Below, in pieces: positions 1-12,300 of a stretch of 36,825 nucleotides of DNA (its first letter is position 1; each line of letters begins with the position of its first letter). This DNA is from Tubiluchus corallicola. Its lineage: Eukaryota > Animalia > Priapulida. Under the pieces are notes generated by a model. It was not told the origin of the DNA. It worked only from the letters and a program-made list of their open reading frames with translations, and did no database searches. The DNA is taken from contig JAQGDQ010001515.1 in assembly GCA_030141605.1 (NCBI GenBank), positions 1-36,825 of the forward strand. The letters are read 5' to 3'. Made by a program: the position numbers and the translations under genes.

Positions 1-473
1 GTCAAATGTAGACATAGAAATTTCGAATGTGTATTGGTAACTCAAATGTGACTTAGGTAAGTCAAATGTAGATGCATTACTTTGAATAAATCCGTAATTA
101 ACTCATTTAAGTGCAAATTACAAAAAGATAAACCAAAGATAGTCATCACCTCTTTCAGAACTTTGAAAAATGCGTTTTTATCCTCAAACGAAATTCTTTG
201 ATAAACCGCAATGTCGGTAGAAAAGAATAAATTGGTTCCCACTTCCCAATGAGCACTGAATCACTAATTACGCTTAAGATTTCTTGAAAACCATTGTTAA
301 CACATTTGAACTACCTAAGTCTACATTTGAGTTACCAAGACACATTTGAATTGCCTGAATCTACATTTGAGTTACCAAGACACATTTGAATTGCCTGAAT
401 CTACATTTGAGTTACCAAGACACATTTGAATTGCCTGAATCTACATTTGAGTTAACGCAAGTCTACATTTGAC
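1..473. repeat. Foldback/MITE-like element with inverted arms and a 40-bp tandem subrepeat
   Basis: gtcaaatgtagac (1-13) is the exact reverse complement of gtctacatttgac (461-473). Unit ctacatttgagttaccaagacacatttgaattgcctgaat repeats about 3-4 times at 301-455, and its reverse complement is recognisable at 1-75. Confidence 0.6.
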
Positions 474-533
474 ATGTAAAACCTATTGTTTCACAACTAC
501 TTTCAGAAAGAGTTTTCGCTTTTCACTTTGCAG

Positions 534-751
534 GACCTAGATCTCCCAGTGGTTCCAGGAGCAGGCGTTCCAGGGGAAGACGAAGGTCAGCAGAAAGACG
601 TCGCCGTAGTCGAAGTGGCAGATCAAGAGCTAGAAGATCCCAAGGTCGTGGAAGAAACAAGAGTGGAACTCCCAAGGCCAAACCAGATGGTCCATTGGAT
701 AATATCTCCAAGATTTTAAGATTTTTCCCACCTGGTTGCAATATATTGTAG
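534..751 (+). CDS. Terminal coding exon of an upstream gene: Arg/Ser-rich basic tail ending in a CaaX motif (CNIL*)
   Basis: Pyrimidine tract plus cag acceptor at 531-533. Phase-1 reading (G)PRSPSGSRSRRSRGRRRSAERRRRSRSGRSRARRSQGRGRNKSGTPKAKPDGPLDNISKILRFFPPGCNIL*, with TAG at 749-751 and AATAAA at 797-802. This frame is absent from the ORF track. Confidence 0.7.
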
Positions 752-796
752 AAATGATTGAAGGAGAGGTGCCTAAATCCTGTCGTAACACTTTGT

Positions 797-802
797 AATA
801 AA
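797..802 (+). terminator. Putative polyadenylation signal of the upstream gene
   Basis: AATAAA about 45 nt after the stop codon. Confidence 0.45.
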
Positions 803-1853
803 ATCCTATCTGTAAAAATTGGAAATACTGTAATTGCAAATTGACATTTTTCCCAAGATGTTTTCTTTGCAACAAAAAGTGACAAAAATGACTTGGTGAC
901 TTATGCTGTTGTGACTCCGGTCTCCTGCCATACGATTAATGCTTACGATTAATGTTAAACGCTTTACCTCGCACGTATAAAAACATTTTTCCATACATGT
1001 AGGTAATAAACGAAATGTGAGATCTTATTACAAATTAATCTGCACGCTTATGTGTACTACATTTAAACTCCAGAACATCAAATGTTTAACATGCAGCAAT
1101 TGTCGTTTTATCTGTAATAATAAATTACAGCAATAAGTTTTTAGCGAAAAAGATAAGTTTGATAAAGGTACATTACTAAATTAGCTAACGTGATTATCGT
1201 CTATAATTGTACAAAAAAATGACAGCGAAATTGTTCTAATAGCATAAAGCAGTTCAATAAACATAATTAGACACTTACATGTGGTCTCCCTGAGTTTTGG
1301 CACTTATAACTTGCAAGAAAAACAATAAGAAATCAACTACAACATTCACATCGTATCAATTGAATTGTATGTCAGGTAATGTCTACCTGGCCAACCACCT
1401 GGTCACATGACTGATGACAGTTAAAGAGGCAAGACCAAATTTAACAGGTAGGGTAACGTGTATGTGCATAACACTATGCTCCACTAATTTACACTTGCAA
1501 AGCCACTGGAAGTTAAAAACCACAAAAGTCGTTCTTTTTGTGTTAAATAAAATCACTAACAATGAAATGATATAACACAAGGTATTGGAATTTCACCAAA
1601 TGAATCGTTACTTTAATATGATGCTAAATAATGTTCGTGGTTTCTAAACTTTTTAGATTCGATTAGATTACGTTATTTCAGCACAAAAAGCCATATAAAA
1701 CAACAACATATTACCTAGCACTACAGTAACATACTACAATAAAAGTTACACTAAAATACTACTATATACAATACATACAGTAAATAAACGTTCGTGTCTG
1801 CCACGTTCTAGTATCGAGAATTCGCAGATTTGCACTTGAACGAGCTTGTTTAA

Positions 1854-2070
1854 CCCTTTCAGTCCCAAATTATTTTTTTAATAAGAAAAATTTTTGCCTT
1901 GGTACTTTTGTTCAGTATCTCCATCTTGTTTACATATAATAATTATTTTTTTCTACCTGTGCCCGCGTGCTAAATATATCAGATCAAATAACTGTCCGTT
2001 TTAAAATTTTATTAATTTTAAAGGCAGAAAATATTCTCGCATCCCACGGGATACAACGGGTATGAAAGGG
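1854..2070. mobile_element. piggyBac-like non-autonomous element, internally deleted copy
   Basis: ttaa|CCCTTTCA...TGAAAGGG|ttaa. Same ends as the longer copy at 17413-17869. Confidence 0.8.
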
Positions 2071-2542
2071 TTAATGTTTGGACCTTTTCAAATTTCATTT
2101 TTTCTCGTGTTCCCATTTAGTGATTTGATATGGGACGTAGTCTGTAGTCACCTAGTAGTGTGTAGTCAGTGACAGATCAAAACCTGTCGTGCATTTACAT
2201 CATATCAACAAATTTAAGCCCACCACACACAAACAAACTCAATCACTATTGCAAAACACCAATAAAGCACCAAATTTCAATTTCGTAGTTTAGTATTTTA
2301 CAAAAAACCGTTTTGCAAATATTGTAAATGTGTTACATCTTTCGAAATGTGTGAAACGAATGTAAAGTTTTAAATTTTTGTACTTATGTAATTAATTAAA
2401 GCCTCACTTGTGTTTCTAATTGTAAATTCATTTTATTGTACAACACTATTGCTCACAGCAGTGGAAATACTGTTTATACTATCAACTTTTGAATGTGTAA
2501 TTTACCGTTCAATGCTGTGTCATTTTTATAGCAATAAAGAAT

Positions 2543-3358
<816 letters not shown>

Positions 3359-3380
3359 TAACGCACGGTAAGATCCTACT

Positions 3381-3394
3381 TGATGACGTCATCA
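3381..3394. promoter_or_regulatory. Perfect 14-bp palindrome containing a CRE (TGACGTCA)
   Basis: tgatgacgtcatca. Function is not demonstrable from sequence. Confidence 0.25.
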
Positions 3395-3810
3395 CATACA
3401 GCTCGTTGAACTTAAGAAAATTAAGTTTCTCGCTTGTAAAAAACGTTCCAATTCTGCTAATTAAATCTACAGATTAAAGCTGCATGAAATGGTGGAAACT
3501 ACAGAATATGCAGCTGAAATCTCCAGCTTTTCACGTTAATAAAACTAATCATTAATATTTGTTAGGAAGGAACGATTAAGATATTCTTGAATCATACTAG
3601 TGCAAAGAAAATGACCGAAGGAGTGTTTAGACTTTAGAGACTAGACTACGTCATATCCTTGTGCACAGGAAATACTTGCGATATCATCAAAAATATTAAA
3701 AACGATTTGGTCACGTGTTATAATATCATACACAAACAAGTGGATTTAAACTCTGAAACAAAGTAACCGCTAACACGAGGCGGAATCATCTTCTGAAATT
3801 ATATGCGAGA

Positions 3811-4189
3811 CAGGGCCTATTTCAGGGGGGAAGTGGGTATACTTCCCCGGGGCCTCACCCTCCAGGGCGGACTCGCGCGAAGGTAACATTTTTTTGCTTT
3901 ATGTGAACATACTGCCTCCTCTCTCCCTCTCTCGCCGCACGCGCGCCGTTTGCCAGTATTTACAAGTATTAAGGACTGGTCTTGAGAATAAAACCTTTCA
4001 ATTGTTCTTTCCTTTAACAACTATATAACTCCATATTTTCTCTTCGAAAATGCTTCTCCGGCGTTCAAGCAGTTCAAAAATTTTCTGAACGCCAACCATG
4101 GTAGCGTCCGCCCCCGGCGCTTTGCCCCCCCCCATGGGGCCTCACACGCCCCACTTCCCCAGGCCTCACGTAGGCTGAAATAGGCCCTG
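3811..4189. mobile_element. hAT-type MITE
   Basis: 15-bp TIRs CAGGGCCTATTTCAG / CTGAAATAGGCCCTG; perfect 8-bp TSD atgcgaga at 3803-3810 and 4190-4197; second copy at 28176-28615. Confidence 0.9.
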
Positions 4190-4552
4190 ATGCGAGACGT
4201 GTTTGCAAAACTAGTTTTGCTCATTCTTCACAAAACGTGTAGTGCCAATATGGAATCCCCTACCACCACATATAAATGGACATCCTTTTGTCACACATAA
4301 ATGGACACACATCTTTTGTCACTGCAACGAATGCCAAATTATTTCAGAAACGTTTAAAAACCTTGGATTTAAATCAGTATTTGTATTACGATAGGCACAT
4401 GTAAACAAACTGCATTGTTTAATATTGCTTTATTTTGAATATTCTGTAATGCTGTGTATCTCATTATAAGATGCACTTGAGCAGTGTACTTCTGCACCCT
4501 TTTAACTATTTTTATTCTCATTAGTTTACTATTTATGTTTAATTTATTGTTT

Positions 4553-5380
4553 TGTTATGGTATGTGTGTCAAATAGACTAGACTAAACTAAACTAAATTC
4601 CCTGAAATTCCCTACCAACTAGCCTTAAAACGGTCCAAACTTTCAGCTCTTTTGTATTATTATGGTATGTGTGTCAAATAAACTAAACTAAATTAAATTC
4701 CCTGAAATTCCCTACCAACTAGCCTTAAAACAGCCCAAACTGTCAGCTCTTTTGTATTGTTATGGTATGTGTGTCAAATAAACTAGACTAAACTAAACTA
4801 AATTCCCTGAAATTCCCTACCAACTAGCCTTAAAACGGTCAAAACTTTCAGCTGTTTTGTATTATTATGGTGTGTGTGTCAAATAGACTAGACAAAACTA
4901 AATTCCCTGAAATTCCCTACCAACTAGCCTTAAAACGGTCCAAACTTTCAGCTCTTTTGTATTATTATGGTATGTGTGTCAAATAAACTAAACTAAATTA
5001 AATTCCCTGAAATTCCCTACCAACTAGCCTTAAAACGGTCCAAACTTTCAGCTCTTTTGTATTATTATGGTGTGTGTGTCTGTTCGGAAGATTTTTCTCT
5101 GCTTGCGCTGTAATCAAAGGTTGCACGTATTTAGAATTGCGTGTAAAACTTGGCTTCGTTATATACACTTAGTAGGTCAGCCAATCAGAATTGAGCACGT
5201 TTTTAGTCCACTCATTGGAAGCGAAGAAAAATCGCCACGTTTTTGATTTTCGGTAATATTTGAATTTAAAATAAAACTTTTGTGATTACTTCAAAACAGT
5301 GTCAAATAGACTAGACTAAACTAAATTCCCTGAAATTCCTATAAACTAACATAAAAACTGCTCAAACTGTCGGCTCTTTT
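4553..5380. repeat. About 105-113 bp minisatellite, about 6 copies, interrupted by a solo LTR
   Basis: Unit tatggtatgtgtgtcaaata..aaattccctgaaattccctaccaactagccttaaaacggtccaaactttcagctcttttgtat. Confidence 0.9.
5081..5298 (+). mobile_element. Solo LTR, BEL/Pao-like
   Basis: Begins TGTTCGGAAG and ends CTTCAAAACA (TG..CA, imperfect inverted termini). 5-bp TSD gtgtc at 5076-5080 and 5299-5303. Internal CCAAT and AATAAA. Cleanly splits one minisatellite unit. Confidence 0.7.
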
Positions 5381-5783
5381 AAAAGTAAACTAAAAGATAC
5401 TCTACTTAAAAATTATAATCGCCCAAACTATAAAAGTGATAAAATTATATATAATAGTGAATGTATAAAGCCAAAACTGCAATAAACCGAAACTCTTTGC
5501 ATAAGTAGCTGATAACTTCGCATAAATACTTTCTCCTAGAAAACTATTAAGTACTTTTATCTAAAACGAATTTCTCAATATCAATCTGCTATGTATTTTG
5601 TACATTTTGTAAATATATTTTATATTTGTAATCATGTATATTCTCAATTTGTTCTTAATTGTGTATTATATTGTGTACATTTTGTATATTATAAAATCCA
5701 ATTGTACATAGTTTTAATTTAGTTTCAAGTGAATGACTATTGCTTTCATCAATTTTTCTGAACTGGTTACGTACAAGTCTTAA

Positions 5784-5895
5784 CAGTGGCAGCTCGTGTA
5801 TAGGTACTGTGGAACTGCAGCACCCCCTGTTTTTCTCATTATTATAGATAATATTCAATATAATAAGTCTTTTTTCTTTAGTTCTTTCTTTATAC
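5784..5895 (-). mobile_element. Fragment of the hAT MITE family at 6495-7098
   Basis: cagtggcagctcgtgtataggtac..gcagcaccccct matches the reverse complement of the right end of 6495-7098. Confidence 0.65.
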
Positions 5896-6220
5896 TTATG
5901 CAAAACCAGAAGACTAGAGACCAGAGGGAAGTACAATCAACTTTACAGCCCCCTGGCGATCACAGAGTGTAATTATGGGGTCATAAAACCCCATTAACCG
6001 TGTCACACGGAAAAACTGCTGTGACTCGTTCCTGGTTATATTAGTTTCTCCTTTCTTGTTCTACACGCGGTTGATTCTGTTTTACAGTGCAAAGTTAAGA
6101 CGTTTTCACGTATTGCTAAGCTTATACTTGCAAGTGTGAAAATGCATTACAATGTGTTATAAGAAGGACTGAAAGGATTAGTCATTTCTGCACACTGTTT
6201 TCGAGACTAGCCTGTTTTGA

Positions 6221-6300
6221 ACCTGTGATCTAGCGATCAAGGAACTGCTTGCAATCCGAATGGCTTCTAGTTCAAAACCAGGGTCAGTGTGTATTTTTTT
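6221..6300 (+). mobile_element. Degenerate tRNA-derived SINE-like head
   Basis: A-box-like tgatctagcga and B-box-like gttcaaaacc at tRNA-like spacing, followed by a T run. No clean cloverleaf. Confidence 0.3.
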
Positions 6301-6494
6301 ACAGTTCTTTGTTCACTCGAGTTTTGTTTAAAATGATATAACTGCAAATAATTTTACGTAATTGGGGATAGGTTCACTCCACAAAATGTTTGAAATATCT
6401 GTACATCTATTCAATTTTTAATTCAACTTTCAAGAATTTTACTTTTAGTAGGTCATATTTTGTTAACATAGCAGGAAGGGTAAAGTTTGTAGAT

Positions 6495-7098
6495 CAGTGG
6501 CGGCTCGTAGCTAAAGTTACTGGGGGTGCTGCTTCAGAAGATTTTTAGCCATTGTTTTAATACTGGGTAAAACGTAACAAACTTGTAATTTTAATGTTGT
6601 AGTTATATTTCATGATCGGGGTTGAACGGTCTCTTTTTCTTGACTGCAACTATCTCACTGGAGAGACAATTGTGAAAAATTAAGCTGTTGTAGTTCACTT
6701 ACAGTCACAGAACTTATTTCTTCGGCATGCATGGCGTCCATTATTAAATAGTTTATGTTTTAAGCACACACGCTAAGTTTATATTTTATCACGTATAAGA
6801 ATGTAACGGTACACGGTAAGCACTGCATTTGTTACAGTGATAGTCACAGTACTTTTCTACCTAGCAGCGGATGCTAGCGTACATCGTGTTATTTCAGACA
6901 AGTGCGCATGGGCGCATGCGCACGACAGCCAAACACCACGTTGCTTGGACTGTGAAGCAAATTGTACTTCCCTCACGTGCTCCGGTTCCGCACAAATATA
7001 AAAAAGAACTAAAGAAAAAAGACTTGAATGGTATCAATAAAAATGAGTGAAAAAGGGGGTGCTGTGGTACCACGGTACCTATACACGAGCCGCCACTG
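6495..7098. mobile_element. hAT-type MITE
   Basis: 14-bp TIRs CAGTGGCGGCTCGT / ACGAGCCGCCACTG; degenerate 8-bp TSD ttgtagat / ctgtagct. Confidence 0.8.
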
Positions 7099-7174
7099 CT
7101 GTAGCTCGAAGATACTGTTCAAATGCTAGTAATAAACCACTATGCGTTAACGTCTTTTACAGTTTTCTTTTTAG

Positions 7175-7245
7175 ACGAACCAACATCATTGTTTTGATTA
7201 GCGTTACTGGGTTGCTTGCTTCGGTAGTGCCTAGTGAACAAGACG
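7175..7245 (+). CDS. TTLL4-like exon A (hydrophobic signal/anchor-like segment)
   Basis: ttttctttttag acceptor and G|gtaagt donor; RTNIIVLISVTGLLASVVPSEQD(G). Phase-1 end matches the exon at 9192. A same-phase alternative acceptor lies at 7163. No homology support. Confidence 0.6.
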
Positions 7246-7294
7246 GTAAGTTTCCTTTTCCTTTTAGATGTAATTCGGAAAGGGAAATATATGC

Positions 7295-7630
<336 letters not shown>

Positions 7631-8094
7631 AAAATAAATGACTATTATGAATTATCATTATTATTATAAATGTCTATTATTAGAAATGAATTATTATGGC
7701 AATGAAAGTATCATAACTGCTATAATGATAAAGGTGAGGTTTGTCCCTCGTGAAAATGTTGCACTATTTAGCATCTGATTCACTTTAGCTAATGCAACAG
7801 CATCATTTGGATTTCCTGAGATTACAGTAGTTATTAAGAAAGGTATAATATTGCTACTGTTGTAAGACAAAACACATCGTTATAGATTAAATAGTAAATT
7901 AAAAGATTTTGATGATGATAGTTATCTGCTGAAGCTTGAAAATTTAAAACAAAAATTTCTTCACTTACATTAATTAGAAACGAATAAAACTTGTTTGCAG
8001 AAAATAAATAACAAATAACTCAATAAATATCTGTACGAAAATCAAGAAGATTTTGCAATAGCTAAATTAATTTCTTCCATAAAACAATCCCTAC

Positions 8095-8289
8095 TGGTTT
8101 ATATATCCACTTTTCTTCTGGATGATCACCATAATAGTGCAGAAATTCTGTCATGTGATCTGGCAGAAGAAAGCTCATTGGCGCAAAATCGAATTCTTTT
8201 GAGCCATGTTTCTTGCGCATGTGCAGTATACTCTTCCAGACGGTGTCTTTGTGCGCATGTTCTGTGTCCGAACCTGGGAAATTGTTGTA
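8095..8289 (-). pseudogene. Isolated antisense paralogous copy of the TTLL4-like exon at 19516-19710
   Basis: Same 195-nt length, intact cag acceptor and gtaggg donor. YNNFPGSDTEHAHKDTVWKSILHMRKKHGSKEFDFAPMSFLLPDHMTEFLHYYGDHPEEKWIYKP, 49/65 aa identical to the + strand exon. Confidence 0.85.
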
Positions 8290-8417
8290 CTGAAATGGAA
8301 AGTAAAGCAATGGATGTGTTGTGTTTATTTGTGTCTGTGTTGCAATGCAGCATGGAAGTATAAAGCAATGAGAGCAGTGTGTTTATGTGTGTGAACTAAA
8401 ATGAACAGTGCAGTCAG

Positions 8418-9032
8418 TTAAAGGATGATTTTTCAAATTTTACTACCCCATTTTCAAGCCCGATAAAAAGTATACATTTTAACACAACTAATACTGCAAA
8501 AGCGTTTCTGATAATTAAATAATATATTAAAATCTTAATTAATCTTAATCCCAACTATTGATGACATCACAAACTAAGATAATTTTCAACAGCAAAAATA
8601 TTCCGCGACCGTGTTGCACGTGTTTGTGAAAGCGAAAATTGAAGTACAGTGCTACTGTAAGACATTCAGTGTGTTTTACTAAAACTAGACAAATTTTAAG
8701 ATAAAAATTCAAATTTCAAGTTTACCGCTGTGCTCACGCATGAGCTCTCGAACGTGTGTAGTTCGTACAAACTAACATATCTGAACTGAAAGGTACAGCA
8801 CCTATTTTTTATTGAATGCATTTCCGAAATGCATGCGCTAGTGCCCACCTACTAACGAATGGTGAAATACATGTAACAGCAAAGAACTAGTGGCGCGAAC
8901 GTGAAATTGTGTTTGTGTGGTAATAATTCTTTCACGTTAGTCAATCTTGAAAAAATAGTTTGTTTTCTTTCATTATTTTAAAGAGCAGATTGTTTTGACC
9001 TACAGTTTAAGATTGTGGCCGGTTTTGCTTAA
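8418..9032 (+). mobile_element. TTAA-flanked non-autonomous DNA element (Kolobok-like family), copy 1
   Basis: Begins ttaaaggatgattttt; extended similarity to 16704-17152, 16270-16400 (inverted) and 34678-35193 (inverted). Confidence 0.6.
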
Positions 9033-9191
9033 TAAGTGATTATATGACAATTTCTATTAGAAGAGTGCACTGTTAACATGCAGACATAAACGGGACCGAA
9101 ATCTCTTGTTTTTCATTTCTCCACTTCCTTAATTATTAACAAGGTCACTTTTCACTTTGCTATTTTTCTCCGTCTCCATTTTTCGTTTTAG

Positions 9192-9368
9192 GGTGTTCTG
9201 CGATATTTTGGTCTCACGTACCAACGTCATTTCATAGTCAAACTCTGGCAACAGCGACATGTAACGACTCGTTGACAAATGAGTGTCCGAGGGTCATTCC
9301 AGCTCTAACGACTAGTCTCTTCTCTCATGTTTTACCTGTGATCAACTTTGGATTAGATGGTCAAATAG
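9192..9368 (+). CDS. TTLL4: TTLL4-like exon B (to the first donor of the 90-bp array)
   Basis: Long pyrimidine tract plus ag; CSAIFWSHVPTSFHSQTLATATCNDSLTNECPRVIPALTTSLFSHVLPVINFGLDGQI; AG|gtgagt donor. The end resembles TTLL4 SLFPNVPPTIYFG. Confidence 0.8.
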
Positions 9369-12300
9369 GTGAGTGTCCCAGGGTCATTCCAGCTCCCACA
9401 CCTAGTCTCTTCTCTCATGTTTCACCTGTGATCAACTTTGGATTAGATGGACAAATAGGTGAGTGTCCCAGGGTCATTCCAGCTCTCACACCTAGTCTCT
9501 TCTCTCATGTTTTACCTGTGATCAACTTTGGATTAGAAGGTCAAATAGGTGAGTGTCCGAGGGTCATTCCAGCTCTCACACCTAGTCTCTTCTCACATGT
9601 TTCACCGGTGGTCACCTTTGGATTAGATGGTCAAATAGGTGAATGTCCGAGGGTCATTCCAGCTCTCACACCTAGTCTCTTCTCTCATGTTTTACCTGTG
9701 GTCAACTTTGGATTAGATGGTCAAATAGGTGAGTGTCCTAGGGTCATTCCAGCTCTCACACCTAGTCTCTTCTCTCATGTTTTACCTGTGGTCACCTTTG
9801 GATTAGATGGTCAAATAGGTGAATGTCCGAGGGTCATTCCAGCTCTCACACCTAGTCTCTTCTCTCATGTTTTACCTGTGGTCAACTTTGGATTAGATGG
9901 TCAAATAGGTGAATGTCCGAGGGTCATTCCAGCTCTCACACATAGTCTCTTCTCTCATGTTTCACCTGTGATCAACTTTGGATTAGATGGTCAAATAGGT
10001 GAGTGTCCGAGGGTCATTCCAGCTCTCACACCTAGTTTCTTCTCTCATGTTTTACCTGTAATCAACTTTGGATTAGATGGTCAAATAGGTGAGTGTCCGA
10101 GGGTCATTCCAGCTCCCACACCTAGTCTCTTCTCTCATGTTTTACCTGTGATCAACTTTGGATTAGATGGTCAAATAGGTGAGTGTCCCAGGGTCATTCC
10201 AGCTCTCACACCTAGTCTCTTCTCACATGTTTCACCTGTGGTCAATTTTGGACTAGATGGTCAAATAGGTGAGTGTACTAGGGTCATTCCAGCTCTCACA
10301 CCTAGTCTCTTCTCTCATGTTTCACCTGTGGTCAATTTTGGACTAGATGGTCAAATAGGTGTGTGTCCCAGGGTCATTCCAGCTCTCACACCTAGTCTCT
10401 TCTCTCATGTTTTACCTGTGGTCAACTTTGGATTAGATGGTCAAATAGGTGAGTGTCCTAGGGTCATTCCAGCTCTCACACCTAGTCTCTTCTCTCATGT
10501 TTCACCTGTGACCAACTATGGATTAGATGGACAAATAGGTGAGTATCCCAGGGTCAATGCAGCTCTCACACCTAGTCTCTTCTCTCATGTTTCACCTGTG
10601 GTCAATTTTGGACTAGATGGTCAAATAGGTGTGTGTCCCAGGGTCATTCCAGCTCTCACACCTAGTCTCTTCTCTCATGTTTTACCTGTGGTCAACTTTG
10701 GATTAGATGGTCAAATAGGTGAGTGTCCTAGGGTCATTCCAGCTCTCACACCTAGTCTCTTCTCTCATGTTTCACCTGTGACCAACTATGGATTAGATGG
10801 ACAAATAGGTGAGTATCCCAGGGTCAATGCAGCTCTCACACCTAGTCTCTTTTCTCATGTTTTACCTGTGATCAACTATGGATTAGATGGACAAATAGGT
10901 GAGTATCCCAGGGTCAATGCAGCTCTCACACCTAGTCTCTTTTCTCATGTTTTACCTGTGGTCAACTTTGGATTAGATGGTCAAATAGGTGAGTGTCCTA
11001 GGGTCATTCCAGCTCTCACACCTAGTCTCTTCTCTCATGTTTCACCTGTGGTCAACTATGGATTAGATGGTCAAATAGGTGAGTGTCCTAGGGTCATTCC
11101 AGCTCTCACACCTAGTCTCTTCTCTCATGTTTCACCTGTGACCAACTATGGATTAGATGGACAAATAGGTAAGTGTCCCAGGGTCAATGCAGCTCTCACA
11201 CCTAGTCTCTTTTCTCATGTTTCACCTGTGGTCAACTTTGGATTAGATGGTCAAATAGGTGAGTGTCCTAGGGTCATTCCAGCTCTCACACCTAGTCTCT
11301 TCTCTCATGTTTTACCTGTGGTCAACTTTGGATTAGATGGTCAAATAGGTGAGTGTCCTAGGGTCATTCCAGCTCTCACACCTAGTCTCTTCTCTCATGT
11401 TTCACCTGTGACCAACTATGGATTAGATGGACAAATAGGTGAGTATCCCAGGGTCAATGCAGCTCTCACACCTAGTCTCTTTTCTCATGTTTTACCTGTG
11501 ATCAACTATGGATTAGATGGACAAATAGGTGAGTATCCCAGGGTCAATGCAGCTCTCACACCTAGTCTCTTTTCTCATGTTTTACCTGTGGTCAACTTTG
11601 GATTAGATGGTCAAATAGGTGAGTATCCCAGGGTCAATGCAGCTCTCACACCTAGTCTCTTCTCTCATGTTTTACCTGTGGTCAACTTTGGATTAGATGG
11701 TCAAATAGGTGAGTGTCCTAGGGTCATTCCAGCTCTCACACCTAGTCTCTTCTCTCATGTTTCACCTGTGACCAACTATGGATTAGATGGACAAATAGGT
11801 GAGTATCCCAGGGTCAATGCAGCTCTCACACCTAGTCTCTTTTCTCATGTTTTACCTGTGATCAACTATGGATTAGATGGTCAAATAGGTGAGTGTCCGA
11901 GGGTCATTCCAGCTCTCACATCTAGTCTCTTCTCTCTTGTTTAACCTGTGATCAACTTTGGATTAGATGGTCAAATAGGTGAGTGTCCTAGGGTCATTCC
12001 AGCTCTCACACCTAGTCTCTTCTCTCATGTTTCACCTGTGGTCAACTATGGATTAGATGGTCAAATAGGTGAGTGTCCTAGGGTCATTCCAGCTCTCACA
12101 CCTAGTCTCTTCTCTCATGTTTCACCTGTGACCAACTATGGATTAGATGGACAAATAGGTTAGTGTCCCAGGGTCAATGCAGCTCTCACACCTAGTCTCT
12201 TTTCTCATGTTTTACCTGTGGTCAACTTTGGATTAGAAGGTCAAACAGGTGAGTGTCCTAGGGTCATTCCAGCTCTCACACCTAGTCTCTTCTCTCATGT

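Noticed and set aside
486-719. 77-aa acidic ORF from the track
   Set aside because: The alternative frame ending in CaaX with a nearby AATAAA is more convincing, although this frame cannot be fully excluded.
3484-3640. Short ATG ORFs as the missing first exon
   Set aside because: No convincing phase-2 donor compatible with exon A.
6221-6300. Functional tRNA gene
   Set aside because: Only degenerate A/B boxes; no complete cloverleaf could be folded.
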